Shown here piece after piece: positions 1-10,363 of a stretch of 64,000 bases of DNA (positions are counted from its first letter, which is position 1; every line of letters starts with the position of its first letter). The stretch spans positions 352,001 to 416,000 of the forward strand of contig JAJYUZ010000001.1 in NCBI GenBank assembly GCA_021792255.1, given 5' to 3'. This stretch comes from Thermoplasmata archaeon (GTDB taxonomy: Archaea > Thermoplasmatota > Thermoplasmata > Thermoplasmatales > GCA-001856825). The notes beneath the pieces were generated by a model. The model was given only the letters and a program-made list of their open reading frames with translations. It was not told the DNA's origin and did no database searches. Made by a program: the position numbers and the translations under genes.

Positions 1-1449
1 ATTCATGGAGAGAGCTATAAGCCTATAGTGGCAGAGGCTGCTAAGAAAGCAGCTACCGAAGTAATCAACAGAGTGATGGTCACACGCCTCCTAAAGGATC
101 CGAATGATCCAAACAGGATATCAGGAGCCGTAGGTTTTGATGTCAGAGATGGATCTATGTATGTTTTCAGGAGTAAGGCTGTGATCCTTGCTGCTGGAGG
201 AGCCACACACATATTCAGGCCACGCTCTGTCGGTGAAGGCTGGGGTAGAACGTGGTACTCTCCATGGAGCAGTGGATCTGCCTATGGATTGGCCATTGAG
301 GCTGGGGCCAAGATGGTTCAGATGGAAATAAGACTCGTTCCGACAAGATTCAAGGATGGTTATGGGCCAGTCGGTGCCTGGTTTCTTTACATAAAGTCAA
401 AAGCAACTAACGCGCTCGGAGAGAGCTACGATACAAACAGGGAAAAGCTTAGAAAGAAATACGGAAAATACGCTGATGTAAAACCCATTCCTACCTGCCT
501 CAGGAACGACCTTATGCTCGATGAGATCAGGCAGGGAAAATCGCCGATTCTTATGCATACGGAAGACGCTCTTGACTCAAGAGATAAGGAGGAGGCTGGA
601 TGGGAGGACTTCTTGGATATGACTGTTAGTCAGGCACTGGTGTGGGCATCACAAAATATCGATCCCAAGGAGAAGCCCTCAGAACTTGTTGTAACTGAAC
701 CTTATATAATGGGATCCCACGCGGTAAATGCAGGTACCTGGGTCAGTGGTCCGCCAGGAATCGCACCAAAAGAATATTCTTGGGGGTACAACAGGATGAC
801 CGTGATTATAGGGCTTTTTGCCGCGGGAGATGCTGCAGGCGGTGCTGCACACAAGTTTTCCTCTGGGTCCTTTGCAGAGGGAAGAATAGCAGGCAAGAAT
901 GCTGTTAGATACCTGAGAGATAATAATCCCAAGCTTTCGGAGATGGATGATGAAGCTATAGAATCCTTCAAGTCTGAAATCTTTGCACCGTTTGAAAATT
1001 ATAATCTTGGCCGCAGTTTTATCACTAAGAAGGGAGTGGTATCACCATATTACCTGCTTCCATCCCAGGGGCTTAAACGTCTTGAGAAGATCATGGATGA
1101 ATATTCGGCAGGAGTATCATCGGACTACACGACAAATGCCGTTGCAATGAGAAGAGGTCTGGAATTGCTTGATATGCTTCAGGAGGATCTGCCACTTCTA
1201 GGAGCTGAAGATATTCACCAACTGCAGCGCGCCTGGGAATTGCACCATAGGGTTATGACAGCCCAGGCTGTAATGAGGCACACGCTCTTCAGGGAAGAAA
1301 CGAGATGGCCTGGGTATTATTACAGATCAGACTTTCCGCAGATTGACGATATGAACTGGCACGTATTTGTAGTCTCAAAATATGACAGCAAATCCAATAA
1401 ATGGGAGTTTGAGAAGATCCCAGTCATACATATTATAGGGGACAGCTAA
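1..1449 (+). CDS. aprA: Adenylylsulfate (APS) reductase alpha subunit, 5'-truncated by the window edge
   Basis: Open from base 1 (IHGESYKPIVAEAAK). Contains the AprA motifs FRPRSVGEG..GRTWYSPW, RFKDGYGPVGAWFL, AWEDFLDMT-like, EPYIMGSH, HKFSSGSFAEGRIA and REETRWPGYYYRSDFP. Confidence 0.93.
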   Translation: MHGESYKPIVAEAAKKAATEVINRVMVTRLLKDPNDPNRISGAVGFDVRDGSMYVFRSKAVILAAGGATHIFRPRSVGEGWGRTWYSPWSSGSAYGLAIEAGAKMVQMEIRLVPTRFKDGYGPVGAWFLYIKSKATNALGESYDTNREKLRKKYGKYADVKPIPTCLRNDLMLDEIRQGKSPILMHTEDALDSRDKEEAGWEDFLDMTVSQALVWASQNIDPKEKPSELVVTEPYIMGSHAVNAGTWVSGPPGIAPKEYSWGYNRMTVIIGLFAAGDAAGGAAHKFSSGSFAEGRIAGKNAVRYLRDNNPKLSEMDDEAIESFKSEIFAPFENYNLGRSFITKKGVVSPYYLLPSQGLKRLEKIMDEYSAGVSSDYTTNAVAMRRGLELLDMLQEDLPLLGAEDIHQLQRAWELHHRVMTAQAVMRHTLFREETRWPGYYYRSDFPQIDDMNWHVFVVSKYDSKSNKWEFEKIPVIHIIGDS

Positions 1450-1713
1450 GTACATAGCCTACAGGTGACACGGTGGTGCTGAGATCATTGAAAGCGTTGA
1501 CGTAGCAGACAGGTTCATGGAGGCAGGGCGGCCCTCGTAAATGTTCCTGCACCTCCTGTTTCTGGATATCCTGAGAGATGTGCACGTTTATCATTTATTA
1601 ATCTATAATTCTTTCAATTCTGCATAATATGTAGGTCTAATTCCTCCATTATCTTCCTTGATTTCTTTAATTCCTTTTAGGCAAAAATTAGGGATTCAAT
1701 TACGTTTCACAAG

Positions 1714-1788
1714 CGGGCCCGCGGGGATTTGAACCCCGGATCATTGGCTTAGAAGGCCAATGCCTTATCCAGACTAGGCCACGGGCCC
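1714..1788 (-). tRNA. tRNA-Arg(TCT)
   Basis: Reverse complement is GGGCCCGTGGCCTAGTCTGGATAAGGCATTGGCCTTCTAAGCCAATGATCCGGGGTTCAAATCCCCGCGGGCCCG: full cloverleaf, anticodon TCT, no encoded CCA. Confidence 0.96.
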
Positions 1789-1916
1789 CGATGTTGATTC
1801 CAATGGCAATTGCGATACCATTATTATTTTTTCCTCGTGATCCTTGGTTGAATTCAATCCCCTCTTTGTATTATATCCATCGCTTGGTTTTTTAAGGTCC
1901 ACCTCATACCGACATA

Positions 1917-2507
1917 ATGAAACCAGGCCTCCTTATTGCAGTAGCGAGACACGGTCAAACGGACTCCAATGTCAAAGGATTGTGGGTAGGCAATGGAGAC
2001 GACCCACTCAACGAGACGGGAAAAGAACAAGCCCGAAGGCTTGCCAAATCACTCACTAGTTACAATTTTGATTTCATCGTCTCGAGTGACAAGAGAAGAT
2101 CCATACAGACCGCTGAAATAGTCTCAGGGGCGATCGGCGTCCCATTCTATGGACAGCGTAAGGATCTTAGAGACAGAGATTACGGAGCAATGGAGGGACT
2201 GACGACCGATCAGATCAGAGAAAGGTATGGAGTGGAGATGAAATCTCTCTCTAGGGAAATAGACGACCTGGGCGCTTCTGAAACTGTTGCCTCGGTCTTA
2301 AAGAGAGTAAAAGAGTTCGCCGATATTGTAAGAAATAATTTCGATGGCAAAAAAATAATCGTGATAACACATGGGGCATTTATCAGGTCTTTTTACGAAA
2401 TGTACGTTCATGAGTCCGATAATCTAAGATTCACGAACTGTTCTCACTTTATAGTTCGACTGCTGGAGGGCGAGACTGAACTCGTCGAGGACTTGCAGAC
2501 AATCTGA
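1917..2507 (+). CDS. Histidine phosphatase / phosphoglycerate mutase family protein
   Basis: RHGQT, SSDxxRSIQTA and ITHGAFI motifs. Confidence 0.9.
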   Translation: MKPGLLIAVARHGQTDSNVKGLWVGNGDDPLNETGKEQARRLAKSLTSYNFDFIVSSDKRRSIQTAEIVSGAIGVPFYGQRKDLRDRDYGAMEGLTTDQIRERYGVEMKSLSREIDDLGASETVASVLKRVKEFADIVRNNFDGKKIIVITHGAFIRSFYEMYVHESDNLRFTNCSHFIVRLLEGETELVEDLQTI

Positions 2508-2562
2508 TTTTCTGTTTTAAATTCTCCAGTGAATGATAAATACTGAGACAAGATTGAGAACT

Positions 2563-2857
2563 GGTAGTCCCAGGATGGCCGTCGCCAGATATGGTGAGGA
2601 AAGTCCTCCCTCCGGGTAGCAATCTGGATAAAACCCTGGTCGAGAGACCAGCTCTTCCTCAAAAGAAATGACACAGTTTCGGTCAAGGGTGAACCTTTAG
2701 AAGGGGACGTTCCCGAAAACTTGATGAGACAGAGGGGGTGAGATAGGAGCAAGCTCAAGCAGTTCTCATGACAGCTATCAGAGGAACAGGTAGAGCGCAA
2801 TAGTCAAATGCCATCAACCCGAAAGGGCTAACAGAAGGAGGCTTACTCGGGACAACC
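2563..2857 (+). ncRNA. rnpB: RNase P RNA (archaeal)
   Basis: Universal P4 halves GAGGAAAGTCC and AACAGAAGGAGGCTTA. Ends GGTAGTCCCAG and CTCGGGACAACC form P1. About 295 nt. Confidence 0.93.
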
Positions 2858-2935
2858 TCTACTTTCAATGCTCCAAACTTGAAATTTATCAAAATCAGAC
2901 GTAAGTTTTATAATTCCTCATATCATAAATGGGCA

Positions 2936-3421
2936 ATGGAAGACGAAGTCTCAAACAGAACAGAAGCGCTCCTGATTGCCACAGTGACCGCCTTGGCCAA
3001 AAATGAAATCGCGGCTGCTCTATCCATCGACCCTAAGGTGGTCTCAAAGTCCCTTGGGATTCTGAAAAAGAGATACGAAAACACGTCGCTTGAATTGAAG
3101 ATGATTGGAAGAAAGTACAAAGTGGGAGTGAGGGACAAGTACAGCGACCTGGCATTCAAGTATTCTGAGAGTGAAATTAGCAAAGGTGAACTGGAGATCA
3201 TCGGCCTGCTATTCAGGAAGGGGAAGACGTACATTTCTCACGTGGAGAGACTTCGCGGAAAGAAGACTGAAGAAGAACTGGATCATCTTGGCAAGCTTGG
3301 ACTGGTGGAGATAATTCCAAGAGGAAGAAGAAGACTGGTCAAGCTCACGAGAACTTTCTTCCAGAAGTATGGCAAGGAGCTGAAAGAGAGAGTAAAGCAG
3401 GAAGAAAAGGTGCCTAGTTGA
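2936..3421 (+). CDS. scpB: ScpB-like SMC-associated kite protein (short, divergent)
   Basis: EALLIA, SLELKMIGRKYKVG, SKGELEIIG, ERLRGK and LTRTFFQKYG resemble ScpB. Likely start is ATG 2936. Confidence 0.65.
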   Translation: MEDEVSNRTEALLIATVTALAKNEIAAALSIDPKVVSKSLGILKKRYENTSLELKMIGRKYKVGVRDKYSDLAFKYSESEISKGELEIIGLLFRKGKTYISHVERLRGKKTEEELDHLGKLGLVEIIPRGRRRLVKLTRTFFQKYGKELKERVKQEEKVPS

Positions 3422-4731
3422 GAGCTCTCCTGATTGGTGGAGGGGGAAGAGAGCACGCGATTGGGCTTTCTATTGTAAAATCGGGTGCTGAACTCGTCGT
3501 GATATCGGTCAATAAGAATCCAGGTCTCCAGAGAATTTCTAGGAAGATTGTCGTCGGCGACGAAAATGACAGCGAGTGGGTATTGAAAAATGCATTAAAA
3601 TTGAAACCAGACTACGTCTTCATCGGTCCAGAGGCACCACTGGCCCACGGCGTATCTGACATTCTTTTGGAGAATGGGTTCAATGTTTTTGCCCCATCTT
3701 CGACTGCCGCCAAACTCGAAACTTCCAAGGTTTATTGTCGAAAGTTCTTGTCGGAGAATAAGATAGGAGGGAATATAGAGAGCACCTCTTTCTCTGACCC
3801 AGACAGAGCTGCTGATTTCATTGACGGATTAGAGTACGATTTTGTCATAAAACCAGACGGACTCACGGGAGGGAAGGGAGTCGTGGTTCAGGGAGTTCAC
3901 TTCAGTTCGAAGGAAGATGGTGCGAAGATCGCCCGAGATTATCTTAGCTCGGGTAAGAGTGCCCTGTTGATTGAAAAAAAGATGGTGGGAGAGGAGTTCA
4001 GCCTGCAGGCGTTCGTAAAGGGAAAGAAAATTTACTTCCTTCCAATAGTTCAGGACTACAAGAGGGCTTATGAAAATGACACGGGTCCGAACACTGGAGG
4101 AATGGGATCTATATGTTATTCCGAGAGGGGTCTCCCCTTCATAGATTTTGAAACCGTTGTCAAGGCAAAGGGCATAATGGAAGAGCTGGTAGCTAAATTT
4201 GCAGAAAAAATAGTCGATTATGTTGGTCCGATATACGGAGGTTTCATTTCGACCTCAGATGGTCCGAAACTCCTAGAAATAAATGCGAGGCTTGGGGACC
4301 CAGAGGCTATGAACGTCTTATCCCTCATGGAGAACTCTATGATGGACGTTGCCATAATGATGCTACACGACAGAGAAATAAATCCCGAATTCAGGAACAG
4401 AATCAATGTGCTGAGATATCTTGTACCAAAGGGATATGGAAGCAAACCTGAGCCTTCCGCAATTCAGATGGACGAAGAGGAAATTCTTCTAAAGGATTTG
4501 AAGATTTATTATGCTTCTGTACACCTAAAGGGGAAACATCTGGAGCAAACAAATTCTCGTTCCATTGCTCTGGTCTCCGAAGGTAATGACTTGAGAGAAA
4601 TTTCAAGAAGATTTGATGGGCTTTCGCCTCTATTGAGGGGAAGCTATTACATGAGAAATGACATAGGAACCGAAAAGATGATTGAAGACAAGAAGAATTT
4701 TATGAGCAGAGTCATGGCTGGAATAGCCTGA
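3418..4731 (+). CDS. purD: Phosphoribosylamine-glycine ligase
   Basis: GGGGREHA, GPEAPL, KPDGLTGGKGV, QDYKRAYENDTGPNTGGMG and EINARLGDPE. Confidence 0.96.
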   Translation: MRALLIGGGGREHAIGLSIVKSGAELVVISVNKNPGLQRISRKIVVGDENDSEWVLKNALKLKPDYVFIGPEAPLAHGVSDILLENGFNVFAPSSTAAKLETSKVYCRKFLSENKIGGNIESTSFSDPDRAADFIDGLEYDFVIKPDGLTGGKGVVVQGVHFSSKEDGAKIARDYLSSGKSALLIEKKMVGEEFSLQAFVKGKKIYFLPIVQDYKRAYENDTGPNTGGMGSICYSERGLPFIDFETVVKAKGIMEELVAKFAEKIVDYVGPIYGGFISTSDGPKLLEINARLGDPEAMNVLSLMENSMMDVAIMMLHDREINPEFRNRINVLRYLVPKGYGSKPEPSAIQMDEEEILLKDLKIYYASVHLKGKHLEQTNSRSIALVSEGNDLREISRRFDGLSPLLRGSYYMRNDIGTEKMIEDKKNFMSRVMAGIA

Positions 4732-5314
4732 AGTGGATGAGTTCCAGCACCCCAGGAACCGTAATTTCCCTTTCGTGAATTGAGAATTTCCTCAGACTTC
4801 CCATATTTGACACGAAATCACCATTAGGGAACCCACCAATTATGAGGTTGGACTGATCGGTGATGACGAGACCGGGATTTCCCCTTGGATGAAGGACTGC
4901 AGCGCTTCCAATAATTCCCTTGCTTTCTAGATAATCCATAAGACTCGTTCTCTTTTCACGCTCGATCAGTATTCTTTCCACACGCTCCACAAACTCTGGA
5001 TATCCGGCACCAAAATTTCCAAAGTCTGATTTTTCTATGATTGTGTTATTTTTTGTGTGGATGGCATACTCCAGATCGATAGAGTCGTTGAGTGGCGATT
5101 CTTCATTTATCCTGACGAACTCATAAGCGATGTCTGGAAAACCTATTCTGCGCACTTCATTTGGGAAGTGTCTCTTGATAGAATCCCTCATAAGATAATT
5201 ATCGAGAATCGCCGTCTCCTTACCCATTCTCTTCAGCAAATCCCTGACTTCTTTGTCATCACGCATCCGTTCCGGAACGAGCTCTAGTTCTGCATCTGCC
5301 AAAACGATGAACAT
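4712..5314 (-). CDS. Divergent Nep1/Emg1-like SPOUT methyltransferase
   Basis: LADAELELVP, PDI, ESPLN, IHTKNN and IIGGFPNGDF match the Nep1 layout, but the Arg motifs are altered. Confidence 0.7.
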   Translation of the reverse strand: MFIVLADAELELVPERMRDDKEVRDLLKRMGKETAILDNYLMRDSIKRHFPNEVRRIGFPDIAYEFVRINEESPLNDSIDLEYAIHTKNNTIIEKSDFGNFGAGYPEFVERVERILIEREKRTSLMDYLESKGIIGSAAVLHPRGNPGLVITDQSNLIIGGFPNGDFVSNMGSLRKFSIHEREITVPGVLELIHFRLFQP

Positions 5315-5601
5315 TATCCAAAAATAGAACCAAAGCTATCGTTTACGCTCTGTCTTTCCTTCTCGATCAACTCTTCCACTTTCTTTGCCTTTTCCTTATC
5401 TATCTTCTCCGATATCTTGTTCAGCTCCTCTCTTGCGACTTTCAGTCGCTCTTCTAACCCTTCTAGTATGAGGTACTGGAAACCCTCCTCTCCAAACATT
5501 GAAGAGTCTTTAATTGTGATTGAAAGCCTGAATACTTGGTCCATGGCCAGAATCTTTTCCATATCGGCTTTCTTAGCTAGTGGAATCTTGTAAACGTCCA
5601 T
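5314..5601 (-). CDS. Hypothetical protein (95 aa)
   Basis: SD-like GAGGT upstream, translationally coupled to the next gene, ends in FGSIFG. Confidence 0.7.
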   Translation of the reverse strand: MDVYKIPLAKKADMEKILAMDQVFRLSITIKDSSMFGEEGFQYLILEGLEERLKVAREELNKISEKIDKEKAKKVEELIEKERQSVNDSFGSIFG

Positions 5602-5624
5602 ACTACCTCAGGAGTAATCCCTAA

Positions 5625-7100
5625 TTATCCTTTTTCCAGCCGTTTCACCCAGTTCTTTCTAGACAGGACTATTAAGGAAATCGTCACCGCGACCAGCGCA
5701 GTTAGAGAAATTACCAGGGCTATAAGGGGGTTTTGACTTGTGCCCCTCTGGTAGGGGACAATTGATAGAGACAGGGACTGAGTACCATTCCCGCTGGTCC
5801 CAAACGAGATTATAGTTTCGTTGGCGGTACGGGTGACAGTATAGTTAGTGTCCTTCTCTACCACTCCATTGAGTGAGAACTTAGAAACTGTAAAGTTTCC
5901 CTGAATTACAACGACGATTTTTTGGGTCCCATTCTGGGTGAACTGAAACATCAAGTTCCCGTGATCGAACGAAAGGTTCTGGTATGTGACGTTCGGAGAA
6001 AATGGAATGAAGTACGCCTGGTTATCGATAAATATCTCGGTCGAAGCGTTTCCAAGCACATTATTGCTCTGACTTGGTCCACTGGTCGTCTGGACCGAAG
6101 GCAAGAACCTGACCACCACGAAACTGATTGGAGAATTCACGACTAGGGTGGAGTTATTGAGTGAGGCTCCGCCATAGACGTCCACATATCCGAGAATTCT
6201 GAACCCATTTTGAATTTTGAATATGTGTTCTTCACTCATTGAAATTGGCCAGTGGGACGATGGATCCTCACTCGAGCCCCCGTTTCCGGATTGGCCGTCT
6301 TCCCTGTATCCGAAATGGAAGCCTTCTGCCAGTTTGATATCGATTGAAGTGTTAAACCCGTCGAGATAGATCAACGGGAAAAGACCATCCGAGACGAACA
6401 TTCCCACATTTCCTTTGGTTGTCAGGCTCTGCGTGTTGAAAGAAAGGGAGGCGCTGCCTGAGCTAGAGATCTTCGATATGACTGACACCGCAGATTGTCT
6501 GTTTATGAGCGAATAATTATTGATCTGACCGGCGGAATAGTAAAAACTCGAATAATTTCCATAATAATTATCTCCACTTGATTGGAAACTGTTCTCGATA
6601 TAGTTGTAGTCTGATAATGGGCAGTTTATGTACGAAATTGACAGTTCGCCCATATTAGCAGAACTATTGATCACTATGAGATTTCCTGATTCAGAAATTT
6701 GACCATTTGTGACTAACATTCCGAGATAATTTGTTTGATAAAAATACACATATTCCATTTGGGAGAATGCATAATCGAAAGCGCCTATTCCGGAGTACGA
6801 TAGCGCGGGTACAATGGTGACCGTTCCGGTCCCCTGCCAGAAGAGAGGCATCATTTTGTCTTCACTAACGTAAGGCATATCCATAGAAAGGGAGAATCCA
6901 GAAACGTTGAAGTAGTTGAATACCTCAATGGTCTGACTGTTTACTTGTACGGAAAAATCTGAAATACCATTGGATGTCGTGTTGAAAGTATCGTATGCGC
7001 TTGCTGTACCATCAACGGAACCGCTGGCCTGTACTACACCAGTCAAGCCCGATAACAGCATCAGTGAGATGAGAAATACGACGGCAAACAGGTATTTCAT
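5625..7100 (-). CDS. Secreted, C-terminally anchored surface glycoprotein
   Basis: N-terminal signal peptide, Ser/Asn/Thr-rich with many NxS/T sites, C-terminal TM helix and basic tail. Confidence 0.7.
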   Translation of the reverse strand: MKYLFAVVFLISLMLLSGLTGVVQASGSVDGTASAYDTFNTTSNGISDFSVQVNSQTIEVFNYFNVSGFSLSMDMPYVSEDKMMPLFWQGTGTVTIVPALSYSGIGAFDYAFSQMEYVYFYQTNYLGMLVTNGQISESGNLIVINSSANMGELSISYINCPLSDYNYIENSFQSSGDNYYGNYSSFYYSAGQINNYSLINRQSAVSVISKISSSGSASLSFNTQSLTTKGNVGMFVSDGLFPLIYLDGFNTSIDIKLAEGFHFGYREDGQSGNGGSSEDPSSHWPISMSEEHIFKIQNGFRILGYVDVYGGASLNNSTLVVNSPISFVVVRFLPSVQTTSGPSQSNNVLGNASTEIFIDNQAYFIPFSPNVTYQNLSFDHGNLMFQFTQNGTQKIVVVIQGNFTVSKFSLNGVVEKDTNYTVTRTANETIISFGTSGNGTQSLSLSIVPYQRGTSQNPLIALVISLTALVAVTISLIVLSRKNWVKRLEKG

Positions 7101-7203
7101 TTATTTTGTAGTATAAGTCTATATTAAAGGAATTTGATACAAATTTCGAAATCGATTAAGAAGAGTTATTATTTGTTGCTCAAATTAAGGAGAAGGTGAG
7201 ATT

Positions 7204-8064
7204 GTGCCTGGAACTATCAAGGTTAATGAACCAACCCCTAAATCCCCAGTAGATTTTAAACTCAGTACCGAAGATGAGAGTGTCAAAAATATAGGTAATG
7301 TAATAGTTGTAATGAGCGGGAAAGGAGGCGTGGGTAAATCAACTGTTTCGGCAAATCTAGCAGTTGAATTGTCGACGAGAGGTTATCAAGTAGGTCTGGT
7401 AGACGCAGACATGCACGGACCTGATATACCACAGATGCTGGGACTGGTAGATGACAAACCAGTAATGGATGAAAACAAGAAGATAATTCCAGTCAGTTAC
7501 AGCAACAATTTGAAAGTGATTTCGATAGAATACTTCCTGCCGTCGAGGGATACTCCGGTGATCTGGAGAGGAGCACTTAAGCACAAGATGATTCAACAAT
7601 TCGTAAAGGACATGGCCTGGGGAAAACTCGACTTTCTGATTTTCGACCTTCCTCCAGGAACGGGAGATGAACCCCTGTCAATTGTCCAGATAATTCCAAA
7701 GATAACGGGATTTGTGATTGTTGGAACACCACAAGAAGTGGCGATGATTGACGTCAAGAAAGCTATCAATTTCGCCAAACAACTTAACACGCCGGTGATT
7801 GGTCTAATAGAAAACATGAGTGGATTTATTTGCCCTCACTGTGGAAAAACCACGTACATTTTTAAAGAGGGGACCGGAGAGAAAGTCTCTAAGGAGTTCG
7901 GAATAAACTTCCTCGGCTCAATACCCCTGGAAGCGTCCGTAGTGGAAGACGGGGACGACGGAACTCCGATGATACTTTCGCACCCCGAAAGCGACAGTTC
8001 AAAGAGCTTCAAGACCGTTGTCGATAACGTTCTGAAGTACGCCGGAATCCCCAAGAAACTTTAA
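7204..8064 (+). CDS. mrp: Mrp/NBP35 (ApbC) Fe-S cluster carrier ATPase
   Basis: SGKGGVGKST, DLPPGTGD and ENMSGFICPHCG. Confidence 0.93.
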   Translation: MPGTIKVNEPTPKSPVDFKLSTEDESVKNIGNVIVVMSGKGGVGKSTVSANLAVELSTRGYQVGLVDADMHGPDIPQMLGLVDDKPVMDENKKIIPVSYSNNLKVISIEYFLPSRDTPVIWRGALKHKMIQQFVKDMAWGKLDFLIFDLPPGTGDEPLSIVQIIPKITGFVIVGTPQEVAMIDVKKAINFAKQLNTPVIGLIENMSGFICPHCGKTTYIFKEGTGEKVSKEFGINFLGSIPLEASVVEDGDDGTPMILSHPESDSSKSFKTVVDNVLKYAGIPKKL

Positions 8065-8101
8065 CAGGCATAGTCCCATAAAATAAACAAGAAGGCTCCA
8101 G

Positions 8102-9022
8102 ATGAAAATTAGGACGGAGAGTCTTTCAAAGACTTACGACAAGAAAAACCAAGCACTAAGAGAGCTGTCTTTGGATCTAAATCTTAACGGGATATTCTCG
8201 ATCATAGGTAGGAATGGTGCTGGAAAGACTACACTCATTAGGATATTATCAACTGAGCTGATGCCCACCTCTGGTAAGGGGTTCATAAACGATTTGGACG
8301 TAGTAGAAAAGGCAGAGGTCGTGAGACAGGAAATTGCAATAGTCCCGCAGGAGGCACGTCCACTACCATGGCTAACGCCGTTACAAACCGTAAGTTCGTA
8401 CCTAATGTGGAGGGGGTATTCGTACAGAGAAGCCAAAGAAAAAGGGAAAGAGGCCCTGCGGGAGCTTGGATTGGAAGGAAAGGAAGGAGAAAAGAGCAGG
8501 AAACTCTCCGGCGGACAGAAAAGGAAACTGATGGTAGCGACCGTAATCTCGAGCGAAGCTCCAGTTGTATTCCTTGACGAACCGACGACCGGACTCGACT
8601 ATCTGTCGAGGAAAGAACTCTGGCAGCTGCTATCTAAGATGAAGAAAGATAGGTCGATCATACTGACAACCCACTACCTAGAGGAGGCGGAGATATTGGG
8701 TGACCAAATAATGATACTGGATCAAGGTAAACTCGTCGATATCGGAGGCATAGATCATCTCAGATCGAAAGTTAAATTGCCTTACGTGCTCAAGGTACAT
8801 TCTGGAAATTTTAAGATAGAGGATGATGAAGTTCAAGTTCAACCTGTGTCTGAGAAAGAAACGTTCGTTTATGGCTCCGCTTCAAAGATCTATGGGCTCG
8901 TTCCGTATTTGTTGACAAACAAGATGAAATTCACGGTTGAAGAGGCCTCTCTAAGTGATATATTTGAACAATACCTTGGCAACGAGGAGGAGGGTGGAAA
9001 CGATGAAAAGGAGGATTGGTAG
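8102..9022 (+). CDS. ABC transporter ATP-binding protein (ABC-2/drug export type)
   Basis: GRNGAGKTT, LSGGQ, LDEPTTGLD and TTHYLEEAE. Confidence 0.93.
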   Translation: MKIRTESLSKTYDKKNQALRELSLDLNLNGIFSIIGRNGAGKTTLIRILSTELMPTSGKGFINDLDVVEKAEVVRQEIAIVPQEARPLPWLTPLQTVSSYLMWRGYSYREAKEKGKEALRELGLEGKEGEKSRKLSGGQKRKLMVATVISSEAPVVFLDEPTTGLDYLSRKELWQLLSKMKKDRSIILTTHYLEEAEILGDQIMILDQGKLVDIGGIDHLRSKVKLPYVLKVHSGNFKIEDDEVQVQPVSEKETFVYGSASKIYGLVPYLLTNKMKFTVEEASLSDIFEQYLGNEEEGGNDEKEDW

Positions 9023-9746
9023 CCAGATAATGGCTTCCATCTTGGTGAATTCAATTTATGCTATGATAAATTATCCCGTAATTCTGATCAACACACTCCT
9101 TGCGCCCCTTGCTATACTCGCAGTAGTGACATTCGCAAGCAGAGGTACATTGCTTCCCGTCGCTGCTGTCGGTGCATTAATAATGAACATGGTTTCGAGC
9201 GGTACTTCCCTGCAGCAAGACCTATCGCACCTTAAGAACGATATGAGGCTGCAGGACATGATCGTCAGTTCCCCTACAAGTTCACTTGTCTATGTCGTTG
9301 GCATGGCGATATCTGAGATCGTATATTCCATACCCACACTTGCATTCCTCATAATTTTGAACGTCTTGTTTGTAAAGACCACCGCACTCGGCGCATTTAT
9401 TATTTTCTTAGATATGGCGACTATATTCACATTCTCCATATCCCTTGGATTTTTTCTCTCGACCTTCACTTCTGACATCATACAGTCCTGGGGATTTTCG
9501 GGCATACTTTCACCGCTGCTGACGACCATACCTCCGGTGTACTATCCAATTAGCTACATCCCATTACCATATAGGTACCTTGCATATCTCTCCCCCACGA
9601 CTTATGCATCCGAGATTGCCCAGAGCCAAACGGGATTCTATAGCCCTGGTGCCATTGGTTTTGCGGTTTCGTGGATTGTGCTTCTGTCTGTCACAATCGT
9701 GCTGACCTATCTCGCACTGAAGAGATCGAGATGGAGGGAAAATTAG
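9003..9746 (+). CDS. ABC-2 type permease
   Basis: About six TM segments, PVYYPI and SPTTY motifs, overlaps the ATPase stop. ATG 9003 follows a GGAGG SD. Confidence 0.85.
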   Translation: MKRRIGSQIMASILVNSIYAMINYPVILINTLLAPLAILAVVTFASRGTLLPVAAVGALIMNMVSSGTSLQQDLSHLKNDMRLQDMIVSSPTSSLVYVVGMAISEIVYSIPTLAFLIILNVLFVKTTALGAFIIFLDMATIFTFSISLGFFLSTFTSDIIQSWGFSGILSPLLTTIPPVYYPISYIPLPYRYLAYLSPTTYASEIAQSQTGFYSPGAIGFAVSWIVLLSVTIVLTYLALKRSRWREN

Positions 9747-9809
9747 TCTGAAGCAACCAGAAAATGCATTCAAGCTTAAATAGCAATGATAATTTAGATT
9801 CTCATATCA

Positions 9810-10163
9810 ATGAAGGAAGATAAAAGAGGTAGGACGTTCAAGGGAATTATTTCGTTAATAATTCTAAAGTCCCTATGGAACGCACCTGGCTATGGATATC
9901 AACTAGAGAGGGAAGTCAACAAGGGTCTAAACCAGAAATTGAGCAATGGAGAGATTTATTCCATTCTAAGGAACATGGAGATCCGTGGGTTAATAAAGAA
10001 CAGAAATGACTCCCAGCCTGGAAGGAACAGGAAGTACTATGAAATAAGCGGCGATGGAAAAAAGTACCTGTTGAATCAGGCGCTGAACATGGACCTAGCC
10101 ATAAATACGATGCAGGAAATTATCAAATTTGTCCATTCTGTCTCTGAAAAGGAAAAGTACTGA
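9810..10163 (+). CDS. PadR family transcriptional regulator
   Basis: YGYQL, GEIYSIL and RKYYEISGDG. Confidence 0.9.
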   Translation: MKEDKRGRTFKGIISLIILKSLWNAPGYGYQLEREVNKGLNQKLSNGEIYSILRNMEIRGLIKNRNDSQPGRNRKYYEISGDGKKYLLNQALNMDLAINTMQEIIKFVHSVSEKEKY

Positions 10164-10363
10164 CAGCTTGATCAGATATTCGAGTGGATTGGCCAGTTCG
10201 ACCGAAAGGATCCCAGACGACTCCCACATCTTTTGTCCAAAGAACAATATGTGAATTACCTATCAACGGAGGGAAGACAGAGAAACCCAGTCTTGAACTC
10301 AGAATTTTGTCACTTTAGCTCAGACTCCTAACATTATTTATAAAAGCAGTGAATTCTTAACAC

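Noticed and set aside
1450-1600. Possible transposase remnant after aprA
   Set aside because: No recognisable motif or terminal repeats.
2444-2800. 118-aa minus-strand ORF
   Set aside because: Antisense to RNase P RNA; spurious.
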